A stretch of 64,000 bases of DNA from Eledone cirrhosa (lineage: Eukaryota): contig OZ024742.1 in assembly GCA_964016885.1 (NCBI GenBank), positions 228,284,001 through 228,348,000 of the forward strand, written 5' to 3'. Each line of letters starts with the position of its first letter. The first letter of the stretch is position 1. The notes under the pieces were generated by a model, which saw nothing but the letters and a program-made list of their open reading frames with translations, had not been told where the DNA came from and searched no databases. Shown piece by piece: positions 1 to 11,039 of the stretch. Made by a program: the position numbers and the translations under genes.

Positions 1-930
1 TTTCAGCACATACACATTGACCTCGTTGGACCTTGGCCATTCAGCAGTGGATATTCATACATATTGACGTGTGTCGATCGTTTTTCGCGATGGCCTGAAG
101 CCATCCCCTTACAAGACATGACTGCTGAGACTGTAGCACGTGCCCTGGTATCAGGGTGGATTACCCGCTTTGAGGTACCAACTACAGTCACCACAGACCG
201 TGGTAGACAATTCGAGTCCCATCTCTTCTCTGAGCTCACAAAGATAATTGGAGCTCAACGGATTCGGACCACAGCCTATCATCCTGCTTCAAACGGAATG
301 GTGGAACGATTCCACCGCCAATTAAAGGCCGCTCTTCGCGCCTATCCAGGCTCTCAACGTTGGAGCGAGTACCTTCCTATTGTGTTGTTAGGAATTCGGT
401 CATCAATAAAGGAGGACCTGGGGTTCTCCTCGGCCGAATTACTTTACGGTGCTCCTCTAGTGTTGCCTGGGAAAATGCTTGCCCCTGTTGATCTTGCTTT
501 CCAAGATCCGCTTTCCTACGTATCCCGTCTGCGTTCTTATTTTCAGGACCTGCCGCCGATGGATACGAGGAAACAAACTGTAAAACCTGCGGTCCCGAGG
601 GATATTGCCTCGTGGACCCATGTGTTCGTAAGGAACGATGCTGTGAGACCACCCCACACACAACCCTACTCTGGATCCTACCGTGTGTTAGCACGTACTG
701 ACAAACATTTCACTGTAGACGTTAAGGGGTCCAAAGAGACAATTTAGGTGGATAGACTAAAAAAGAGCACACAATGACGCTCATACACCCGAACCACAAA
801 TACCCCAATCTTTCTCTCTTGTGCATACACCTGCTCCTTCTGCCCCACCTTCACCTACATACAAGACCACGACCCGTTCCGGTCGGAGAGTCCACTGGCC
901 CAAAAAGTTCTGCCAAACTGTTTTCATGTG
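1..930 (+). mobile_element. Ty3/Gypsy LTR retrotransposon (element G1): integrase core and C-terminus, runs off the left edge
   Basis: ORF 64-747 has rve integrase motifs ([39 protein letters not shown]) and a GPY/F-like segment (PYSGSYRVL). The stop at 745-747 is premature, and a TTTRSGRRVHWPKK tail follows in another frame. Confidence 0.93.
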
Positions 931-2041
931 AACTGGCCACTGGAGCCTTATTTTTTTTGTTGTTATTTTTATTTATTTATTTATTGTATTACTATGTACC
1001 TCTCATTACAATTTCACTGGATGTATATATATATGTTTTTCGTTTCTTCTTACAACGAACATTTTTTTTTAAAAAAATGAACACTTATTTTCGCTGAATC
1101 TCAACTATTGCTTATTCTTTCCGCCAAGCATTTTTCATCGTTCACAAAAAAGTTGAACTCGCCATATTTGTTATACCAAGTGAAGCCTTTCTTTCTGTTT
1201 CATCATATTATCACGTTCACACACGAGTTTTTCAAAATGGCTGCCAACAACCTTGTTTAGGCGCGTGTCGGCAGCACACATCTCGACTCACTGAGATACC
1301 ACATGGTTTCTTGCCAAGGATTCTCCAGCCTTAAGCTATATTCTCCTATTTGCCGGTTTAAAAATTTACCACGTAAATTTGCCGTTGAAAACTGCGCATT
1401 TATTCAGAATGCTTATTTCTTTGGTCGCTGGCCTCTTGACCCTTCCAGGTCAACGCATTCTCAACATCGACCATCAACTTTTGCTGTTATTTCTAGCACT
1501 TTGCGCAACTCATTTTTTCTGGGAAAATTTTTACTGTGAATTTAAACATCGAATACGCTCACTCCGCGAGACAACAACATCAACAACAACAACACAGCTT
1601 CATCAACAACCAAAACCAGCAGAACAAGCCAGAGAATTTATTTTTGCAGCACTCTTCCTGTGAGAAAATCCCTTCGGAGGTTGGAAATTTCACGTTATAC
1701 CACAGACCAGAAACCACCTGCATTCATTCTCTGGAACACACTTTCTTTCCTGCTGTCATGTGATTGCACACCTGTGAACTGTATTTGGAACATTTGAACT
1801 TTGACCTCTTCTTTTACTTTGATTACATTGTATCTTTGAGTGATGGATAGATAGTTCTCTGGCCAAGAGCGGTTGGATACCTTGATATCTATCATTAATT
1901 TTTGCATGCATATATTTTGCTGTTTTCCTTTTATTGCAAAGATTATTTTTTTCGTAATTTTCATGCCTCTTACATGCTCGCCATCTTACTCCATACATGT
2001 TTCATTCGATTTTTATGTTTTAAAAATCTGGCAGGAGATAA

Positions 2042-2432
2042 TGTAGCACGAGTTGCCTCCCTTGTTGTGACAATCACATCACCGCTCTCTAGACAGGAAG
2101 TAGCTGGAGTTACTTCCCGTTGGGGTGGCAGAACCTTTTTGTCACTTCCGTCTTGGACCCTATAAAAGGGATACTCAGAGCGATCTCTCTCTCATTTGCC
2201 TTTCGGCTCCTGGCCTTCTAACCTGCCTGGCCCTTCGGCCAGGCGCGTTCGACTGGCAACCCCTACATGGCCTCTTGCGAAACGGTAACAAATAACTTTA
2301 CTTCATTCTTTCATCAACTTTCATTGACTTGTCAACTATACTATTCTACATAACTGCAAATTGTTAATTAAACATTATATACACAACCGAGCATCTTTGT
2401 TATATTCATACAATCAAGTATTCTGTTATACA
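2042..2432 (+). mobile_element. 3' LTR of Gypsy element G1 (about 391 bp)
   Basis: Starts TGTAGCAC right after a purine-rich tract (GGCAGGAGATAA, 2030-2041) and ends GTTATACA, giving TG...CA with imperfect inverted termini. TATAAAAG lies at 2161. Pol coding sequence of another element resumes immediately after the CA. Confidence 0.75.
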
Positions 2433-5180
2433 GGCATGAGATCGACTGTCTCGTCTATCAGCCCAGTTTTCTTTATCGCCGCTTCAGAAGATCCTTTTCA
2501 GGCGCTGTTACATTCCTTCCCAGAGTTGACAAATTTAAATTTTGTGGTGAGTAAGCCTACTCACTCAACAAAACACTATATTGAGACCACTGGTGCTCCT
2601 GTATTTTCACGCCCTCGCCGCCTCCCTGCGGAGAAATTGAAAGCGGCGAAGGCTGAATTCAACCACATGCTGCACTCGGGATCATACGCCCATCCTCAAG
2701 TCCGTGGGCCGCTCCTTTGCATTTGGTTCCGAAGCGTTCCGGCGATTGGCGTCCCACTGGGGACTTTCGCCGGTTAAATGCGATGACGGTACCCGATCGC
2801 TACCCGATCCCACACATACAAGATTTTGCGTCTTCGCTTCATGGATGTAAGACATTCTCCAAATTGGATTTGGTCAAGGCGTACCACCAGATTCCAGTGA
2901 ACCCAGCAGATATTCCAAAGACGGCTGTGACAACTCCTTTCGGAGCATTCGAATTTTTTACTATGCCTTTGGGTTTGCGAAACGTAGCCAGTACCTTCCA
3001 ACGTTTCATGGATGAAGTTGTGCGTGATTTAGACTTTGTATATAACTACATTGACGACATTCTCGTGGCAAGTGCCTCACCCGAGGAACATGTCACTCAC
3101 TTCCGTTTACTCTTTGAGCGGTTTCAGCAGTATCAAGTGCGAATTAACTCGGCGAAATGTGTTTTCGGTGCGTCTTCACTTGTCTTCTTGGGCCATGTCA
3201 TCAGCCCAGAGGGAATATCACCACTACCTGACAAAGTGAAAGCTCTGCAAGACCTTCAATCACCCACTTCACTTCGCCAACTACGAAATTTCCTTTTATC
3301 CCACTGTGCGGATCTCCTGTCTCCTTTATCCGACCTGTTACGTAACAGGAAAAAGAAAAATGAATCCATCACACTGGACACGAGTCAACTAAAAGCCTTC
3401 AACGAAGTGAAGCAGAAACTCGCGGAGACATCACTGCTTGCACATCCTGTGTCTGGTGCCCAGTTTTCACTGGTTGTTGATGCATCGGGCACAGCTGTAG
3501 GTGCAGTTTTGTAACAGCATCACCAACAACTACAACCTCTCGCGTACTTCTCGAGACTACTGAAACCGGCAGAGACACGATATAGCACGTTCGGCCGTGA
3601 ACTCCTGGCTATGTACCTCGCAGTAAAACACTTTGGGCATTCACTAGAGGGTCGTCAATTTGCGATCTACACCGATCATCGTCCGCTTACGTTCGCACTG
3701 CGTTCTAAGCCGGATAAATATTCACCTCACGAAACTCGTCATTTGGACTTCGTTTCGCAATTTACCAGCGATATCCGACACATCTCCGGTGAGCAGAATG
3801 CGGCGGCAGATGCCTTGTCTCGCCTTGCAATCAATTCCCTGTCATCACCTTCGGATATTGACCTTCAACGGATGGCTACAGAACAGCCACCCCTGGACAC
3901 CTTGGATCTTTCGTCTCCTGAATTTGCAACTGGCAAATTTTCAAATCAACCTGTTCCCACTTCGGACACAGATTATTTGTGACACCTCTACAGATTCACC
4001 TCGTCCTCTAGTTCCAGCGACTCATAGTCAAGCAATTTTCGAGACCTTGCACGGTCTAGCACACCCCGGAATATCGACCACAGTGAAGTTCATTTCGGCT
4101 AGATTCTTCTGGCCGAATATGAGGCGTGATATCACTGCCTGGACACGTTCCTGTTTGTCCTGCCAGAAGTCAAAGGTGCACAAACACATCCGCGCACCTC
4201 TCGGAACTTTCAGCACTCCAGACGCTCGGTTCAGTCATGTCCACATAGACCTCGTTGGACCATGGCCGGTCAGCCAAGGATTTACCTATCTCCTGACCTG
4301 TATTGATCGCTTCACACGTTGGCCTGAAGCCATTCCTTTAAGTGACATTTCGGCGGAATCTGTAGCGCGAGCCCTAGTATCGGGTTGGATATCGCGTTAC
4401 GGAGTTCCAACCACTGTTACCACGGACCGTGGTGGACAGTTTGAGTCCCATCTCTTCCGAGAACTTTCAAGGATCCTGGGAATTAAGCGCACCCGAACGA
4501 CTAGCTATCATCCAGTTTCGAACGGTATGATAGAGCGCTTCCACCGCCAATTGAAAGCCGCATTGCGCGCTTATCTGGATCAACAGCAATGGAGCGAGTA
4601 TGTACCAATTGTCCTTCTCGGCTGTCGTGCAGCTATCAAGGAGGATCTAGGATACTCCCCAGCTGAACTGGTTTACGGAGTACCTATATCTTTGCCGGGT
4701 CAGATGTTGACTCCAATGGATTTACCTGAAACAGATCCAGCTCTGTATGTGAACAGACTGCGATCTTATTTTGACAATCTTCCGCCTATGAACCCTCGGC
4801 AACAGACAATAAAGTCTCCGGTCCCGAAAGACATTGCTTCGTAGACCCACGTCTTTCTACGGAAGGACGCCGTGAGAGCTCCTCTCACGTCGCCTTATAC
4901 CGGTCCTTATCGTGTGCTTGCACGCACAGATAAACTGTTCACTCTGGACATTGGGGGTAAAAAACAGACTGTGTCCATTGATAGGGTGAAACGGGCCTTT
5001 ACAGACACTCTTACGCAAGAGCCCCATATTCCCCCTACATATACTCTGCATCAGCCAACACACGCTACACATGCAACATTGCACACACCTTCTCCACCTA
5101 CACCTACATATGTCACCACCACACGTAGCGGTCGCCGAGTACATTGGCCCAAGAAGCTTTGCAAGACACTGTATATATGA
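2433..5180 (+). mobile_element. Ty3/Gypsy pol (element G2): RT, RNase H and integrase, disrupted by stops and frameshifts
   Basis: ORFs 2361-2777, 2717-3514 ([24 protein letters not shown]), 3611-3982 ([15 protein letters not shown]), 3660-4844 (HxxxHPG...CxxC zinc-binding motif, DDE core) and 4872-5180 (PYTGPYRV, TTTRSGRRVHWP). The order RT-RH-IN indicates Gypsy. No 3' LTR was found. Confidence 0.95.
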
Positions 5181-5199
5181 ACTATGCTATATAGAGGAA

Positions 5200-5820
5200 G
5201 CTTTTGGGTGACAGAATATTTTGGGGGCGTTAATTGGTCCTTCATTTTACCGAAATACTTCCAAATAGTTTTCCTTTCTGAATGAATGTGATATCATTCA
5301 TTGAATTTTTTAAGACCAGTTCAATTTCCTTTTGTGTTAATTGAACTGGTTTTCTAGTGGCGTTTGAGATTGTCCTAAAAATTATAGTTTTTAGGACAGT
5401 TTCTCTACGCAACTGTTTGAGGAGAAGTGATGCTAAAAGCGCCATTCTCCCCAAAAGTTACGTATTGCTTGGCATCTCTTAGTAATTCTCTGGCATTAGA
5501 GAAGTCAATTTGTGTATACAGTTCTGTCTTTTGGACAGTTTGTGCGAACGAAATTTTTTCTTCTCTGTTTGTGGAGTTGTTCTTGTTGTCATCCTGTTGT
5601 TGATGTTGTTCTGGTTGATGCCATTCAACTTTTTCATGTTATTGGTTTCGTGTTTTTCAAACTTTACGCTATTTTCGACGTCTTTCAATGAGGTGATGAG
5701 AGGAGATGACTGCGAGCTTAACACTCTTACCGCCTCTCCACCACCTCTGTCTAATTGTTGACTGACAGTTTTGATGCTGTTGTTTTTGTTGTTGGTGGTA
5801 GGCACTCCTTCTACGAAGCA
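5200..5820 (-). mobile_element. Possible non-LTR (L1/Tx1-like) ORF1 5' remnant
   Basis: Minus-strand ORFs 5242-5454 (KTIIFRT...EIELVLK...FIQKGKLFGSISVK) and 5479-5865 resemble an RRM-like ORF1 start. The resemblance is by eye only. Confidence 0.3.
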
Positions 5821-5852
5821 TGTCTGCAACCTAGACTTCTGATATTTTATAA

Positions 5853-6029
5853 TGCGCATGATCAACCGAATATTGACTGCATTCTGCGTTTGTTGTTGAT
5901 AAAGAACTTTTCAGTGTTATTTTCAAATGAATCGCATCGATCTGAAAAATGTTCTATTAAGCACGAAGCATAATGTTATTGTAACGTAGTCATATTTATC
6001 TACTATAACATTATATTATATAGATACAT

Positions 6030-6062
<33 letters not shown>

Positions 6063-6238
6063 AACAAAAATAAATCCTTACACAGTGTTTCATCTAAGGG
6101 ATAATATAACAGGTCTATATATATGCGCGTATGCATATATGTACATGCGAAGAAGGAAAGAGTGCAGACGGGAAGTGAAAATACACCACGACCAACCACT
6201 ATTTCTGATTCCCCAATAATAGCTGTAATATATACGAG
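5853..6238 (+). promoter_or_regulatory. Putative promoter and non-coding first exon of ZNF-A
   Basis: Homologous to 41496-41734 upstream of ZNF-C. Shared blocks are TGCGCATGATCAACCG (NRF1-like half site), TGTAACGTAGTCA and CCAAC..CTGATT.CCCAA, ending in a conserved TACGAG|GTATTT splice donor (GT at 6239). Confidence 0.6.
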
Positions 6239-6454
6239 GTATTTATTCATTTTAGTTGCTTTCTTTATTCAATCATTTCTTGGGGGTATCATTGACGGCA
6301 AATTCCCTATAAACCATCAATGCCGTTTTGAACTATTTACGATTTACAATTTTCCGAAAAGAATTTTAATTTTTAATCTCCTTTTCTTCAGCAGTAACTA
6401 TTTCATTTTGGGCTGTTATTTCTTGTATGTCGGGAGATTTCGTAGAAGCTCACT

Positions 6455-6700
6455 TAGTTAGTGGGAAGTAGCAGAAGGAAGGACTGGAGTGTGATGTGAG
6501 GCAGATTTGGCTGTTATTTGTAGTATGTAGAAGCTCCCTTGTTAGTGGGAAATAGCAAAAGGAAGGACTGTAGTGTGATGTGAGGGAGATTTGGCTGTTA
6601 TTTGTAGTATGTAAAAGCTCCCTTTGGGGGAATTGCTGGAGTGTGATGCGAGAGATTTGGCTGTTATTTCTAGTATATTGTAGGGGGCCCCTTGTTAGTT
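6455..6700 (+). repeat. Degenerate tandem repeat, unit about 83 bp, about 3 copies (GGAGTGTGATGTGAGGGAGATTTGGCTGTTATTTGTAGTATG)
   Basis: The unit is visibly repeated near 6460, 6545 and 6635. Related units occur at 41990-42345. Confidence 0.8.
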
Positions 6701-7399
6701 CCTTAAGGGTTTAATTAGCAGAAGGATTTAATTATATATTTTAAAATATGAAATTAAGATTCTGCCAAGAATGCCTAATGCCCCACCATCTATCTGAAAG
6801 GTCAGTTGCGCCAATTAAGTAGTCTTGGCTGGTGACAAATCATCCAACCCTTGCTAACAGTGGAAAGAGATATTAAATTAAGATGATCATCATCGTTTGA
6901 TGTTTATTTTACATCAGTTTTTCCATGGAACAGTACTACCATTTTACAGAGTGTATTAGGTGCACATAGGGTGAAAGATGAGGGGATCTTTTGTAGCAAC
7001 AGCTTTGTTAGCCCGTTTCTTACTATATTTCTAACTAAAATACACCATATATGTATTCCAGTTAAATTCTGAAATAAGCAAGAATTTTGACAGGTTTTAT
7101 CGAAATTAACAAAAGGTAAATAAATAAATTTGTTATACAACTGGTCTAATTACAGGTAAATTACAAATTAATTTTGTAAAATTATTTAAATTTTGTTTGA
7201 ACATCACCTTATGAAATGAATTATTAGCCAATATCCAACTGGATTATATAACAAATTTGTAATATTGAAGAATTGAGCACATTAAATTTTCAATTGAACT
7301 TACTTAAGTGTATATAAAACAGGTGCATTACAAAGGTAATAAAGTGTATTTGTGAGTTTTATATTGAATAATGATAATAATCAATTTGTTTGCAAGCAA

Positions 7400-7660
7400 A
7401 CAGCCCTGAGATACTTGAACTTCTCTACCTGCTTTAGTAGAACACCATTCACATAGGAGGAGAGTATCTCAGTTTTTACAGCACTGATTTTCATTCCAGC
7501 CATGCAGCATTTGGCATGAAATCTATCAAGTGCAAGTCGGAGATCACCTTCTGTCGAGTTAAGTAATACCATGTCATCTGTAAATTTCAAATGACATGGA
7601 TGGTATTATTTAACTCAACAGAAGGTGATCTCCAGCTTGTACTTGGTAGATTTAATGCCA
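7400..7660 (-). mobile_element. Degenerate LINE RT fragment ending in a fold-back duplication
   Basis: ORF 7381-7590 has FTDDMVLL...GMKISAVKTE...QVEKFKYL (RT palm/thumb). 7591-7660 is the reverse complement of 7512-7577. Confidence 0.65.
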
Positions 7661-7664
7661 TGTC

Positions 7665-7870
7665 CAGTTGATGATTCGCAAATTTTCTAGACTTTGAACA
7701 CCCACTTTATTGGTTTGTCTGGCATATATTGTTTGAAATGTATCTGATTTTTCTATACCCAACCATCCCATCAAATGAAAGATTATTCTTCCTGACACTT
7801 CAGAAAAATTTTGAAGAGTATTTTAAAGTCTGGTAAAGAAACTGAACATTACTTTTTCTGATCATGAATG
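7665..7870 (-). mobile_element. piggyBac-like transposase fragment
   Basis: The minus strand encodes IHFKQYMPDKPIKW, a characteristic piggyBac/PGBD motif. Confidence 0.7.
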
Positions 7871-7886
7871 ATATATAGGGGCAGGT

Positions 7887-9190
7887 ATGACTGATAACAG
7901 ACTTGATTGTGGGATCTATTGTCCTATCAGCCTATTGAGTCACATTCACACGCTTTTCATGAGTACCATTGCAGCACAAGTGAAGTCAGACCTTTACGCC
8001 TTATTTCCTGAAACACAAGCTGCATATCAACCTGGAAGAGGCACCATTGAGCAGATCCTAGCTATTGAACAAATCATTGAGAAATCAATAGAATTCAACA
8101 ACCCTGTGCACATCACCTTCATTGACTTCACAAAAGCTTTTGACAACTTGAAACTACCCAGCTTGTGTCAACTCTTAAACAAGACTTCAGTTAACAAAAA
8201 ATACATCAACCTACTGAAAGAAACTTACACCAACTCAACAGCATATATCAAAACAGATTTGGGAGCTACACGGTGTATAGACACCTTGAAGGGAGTTAAG
8301 CAGGGGGATGTATTATCAGCAATTCTTTTCTGTATAGTGATAGCTACACTTATCTACCAAGCTGAAGAAGAATGCTCCTCTGGCTATCAAATAGGAGGTA
8401 AAATCCTATCAAATCTTAGCTACGTAGACGATCTGGCCATCATGAGTTACTCTAGAACTGATCTGCAAGACTTTCTGAATGTACTGGCCAAACATTCGCT
8501 GGAGGCTGGCTTACACATCAACATCTCCAAAACAATTTGTATGACAACTGATAAAAACAATGCCAATCTCTAACTCAAAATCACAACCAGAAAATTGCTC
8601 AAGTTACAGAGTTTGTATATCTCGGTCACAAACTATAATCAAACAACAATGGAATGGTTACTGCACAGTATTGCATTGCTCTAGGTTGGGCAGCTTTCAA
8701 CAAGAACAAGGAACTACTGACATCAAAACAAGTTTCCTATCATTTGAAGGCTAAGATCTTCGATACTTACATCCTACCAGTTGTGTTATATGGTCTTGAC
8801 TGTGTTATTTGGACGACAAGGTCTTCAGAAGTTTTCTACATTCCAGAACCACATCATGAGACTTATGATTGGCAAGTGGTTCAGCGACCGTATCTGTATC
8901 AGTGAGCTGCTCAACATTACCAGACTTAGACCAATTACATCAATTGTCAAGTCAAGAGTACTCAAACTATACGGTCATATAAAAAGATCAACTCGTGGTG
9001 TGAGTAGGTGCTGGCTGGTAAGAGAAGCAGAGGCCGGCAGCCAAAATGATGGCTTGATAATGTCAACCTATGGACTGGACTTGATCTTTGCTCTTTAAAC
9101 TCTGCTGCTGGTGATCAAACTTTGTGGAGAAAAATATCTCATGTTGATGTGCAGTCTGCAACCGGTGGAGTTTAGCGTCAAAGTAGTAAT
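7887..9190 (+). mobile_element. RTE-clade LINE, 5'-truncated RT fragment, degenerate
   Basis: ORFs 7887-8573 (PISLLS, FIDFTKAFD, GVKQGDVLS, YVDD), 8654-8905 (ILPVVLYG) and 8781-9098 (LKLYGHI). Confidence 0.85.
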
Positions 9191-9557
9191 GACTGTCTTG
9201 TTAAGCAGTTCACCTCACAAACACAGGGATAAAAGTAAAAGTAAATAGTGGGAGTGATATAATTAAATAAAAATTCCTTCAAGGTGGCATTTCATTAACA
9301 GAGAAAAAAGAGTGTTTTATTTCCTAAAGAAAAGCGTTTGAAGCTCCAGTGATGCTTCTTTCAATAAAGGTAATCTTCAATTCTTCAGGTAAATCTTTAG
9401 TTTATCAGTATAGAAATGTAGTAATCTTTCGATTGTTGAACGAATCTCTACATTTCAAATATCCTATATATCTTATAGAATTTCTTTATTATTTCAGAAT
9501 ATCATCAATATTTAACATTGACAGAAAGGATATAAAAAGGAGTGAAAACAAAATAAT

Positions 9558-11039
9558 ATGGAAAATGAATTATGGGAGAAACAGATTAACATTAAATTGG
9601 AGTCACAGAGTAATAAATTTTCTAACGAGGTACTGAAAAACCATTGTGATGATTCTAGTCAATCATTCACCAAAATTTGTTCTCATGAACATGCTCATAC
9701 GGGAGAGAAGCCATACCACTGTAATATCTCTGGAAAATCATTTGCTAAAGATGGTCATTTTACTAAAAACAAACATATCCATGAAAGAGAGAAACTATAT
9801 CACTGTGATATCTGTGGTAAATCATTTTCTCAAAATGCAGACTTAAAGAAGCACAAACAAAAACCATATCACTGTGATATTTGTGGTAAAACGTTTTCTG
9901 AAAAAAGTGGCTTAACTAAACACGGATACACTGGAGAGAAGCCATATCACTGTGATATTTGTGGTAAAGCATTTACTCAAAATAGTGCTTTAACTTCACA
10001 CAAATATGTTCATACAGGAGCGAGGCCATATCCCTGTGATATCTGTGGTAAATCTTTCTCTCAAAAGGCTGTGTTAACTATACATAAACGTATTCATTTG
10101 GGGAAGAAGCCTTATCACTGCAACATCTGTGCTAAATCTTTTTCCCACAGAGCAAACTTGATATCTCATGAAACTATTCATACAGGAGAGAAGCCATATC
10201 ACTGTGATATTTGTGGTGAATCATTCTCTCAAAATTACATATTAACTAAACACAAACGTATTCATACAGGAGAGAGGCCATATCACTGTGATATCTGTGG
10301 TAAATCATTTAGTCATGCTGGAAATGTAACTAGTCATAAACGCATTCATACAGGAGAGAAACCATATCACTGTGTCATTTGTGGTAAATCATTTACTCAC
10401 CATAAAGCTTTCACTAATCACAAATATGTTCATACAGGACAGAAGCCATATCATTGTGATATCTGTGGTAAAACATTTTCTGAAAATGGAAGCTTAACTA
10501 AACACATACGAACTCATACAGGAGAGAAGCCATATCACTGTGACATATGCAGTAAATACTTCTCTCGAAGTGATGACTTAACTAAACACAAACGTGTTCA
10601 TACAAGAGATAAATTATATCTTTGTGATATCTGCGGTAAGTCATTTTCTCATATAAATGTCTTAACTAGACATAAACGCATTCACACGGGTGAGAAGCCA
10701 TATCACTGTGTCATTTGTGGTAAATCATTTTCTGATAAATCTCCCTTAACAAATCATATACGTACTCATACAGGTGAGAAGCCATTTCACTGTGACATAT
10801 GTGGTAAATCATTTTCTCAAAGTGGTGATTTAACAACCCACAGATATATTCATACAGGAGACCAGCCATATCCCTGTGATATTTGTGATAAATCATTTTC
10901 TCGAAATAGTACCTTAATTATACATAAACGTATTCATACAGGTGAAAAACCATGTCACTGTGATATCTGTGGTAAATCATTCTCTGAAAATAGAGCCTTA
11001 ACTAGACACAAGCACATGCACATTGTTGGAAAACATTGA
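9558..11039 (+). CDS. ZNF-A: poly-C2H2 zinc finger protein, 493 aa, 13 intact and 3 degenerate fingers, single coding exon
   Basis: Uninterrupted ORF of CxxC-x12-HxxxH repeats with TGEKPY linkers. A pyrimidine-rich acceptor TTTCTTTATTATTTCAG (AG at 9496-9497) lies 60 nt upstream of the ATG. AATAAA-type signals occur at about 11353-11364. Confidence 0.92.
   Translation: MENELWEKQINIKLESQSNKFSNEVLKNHCDDSSQSFTKICSHEHAHTGEKPYHCNISGKSFAKDGHFTKNKHIHEREKLYHCDICGKSFSQNADLKKHKQKPYHCDICGKTFSEKSGLTKHGYTGEKPYHCDICGKAFTQNSALTSHKYVHTGARPYPCDICGKSFSQKAVLTIHKRIHLGKKPYHCNICAKSFSHRANLISHETIHTGEKPYHCDICGESFSQNYILTKHKRIHTGERPYHCDICGKSFSHAGNVTSHKRIHTGEKPYHCVICGKSFTHHKAFTNHKYVHTGQKPYHCDICGKTFSENGSLTKHIRTHTGEKPYHCDICSKYFSRSDDLTKHKRVHTRDKLYLCDICGKSFSHINVLTRHKRIHTGEKPYHCVICGKSFSDKSPLTNHIRTHTGEKPFHCDICGKSFSQSGDLTTHRYIHTGDQPYPCDICDKSFSRNSTLIIHKRIHTGEKPCHCDICGKSFSENRALTRHKHMHIVGKH

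Noticed and set aside
5371-5398. Hairpin TGTCCTAAAAA-TTATAG-TTTTTAGGACA as a terminator
   Set aside because: It is a short AT-rich palindrome in a eukaryotic TE remnant, with no supporting context.
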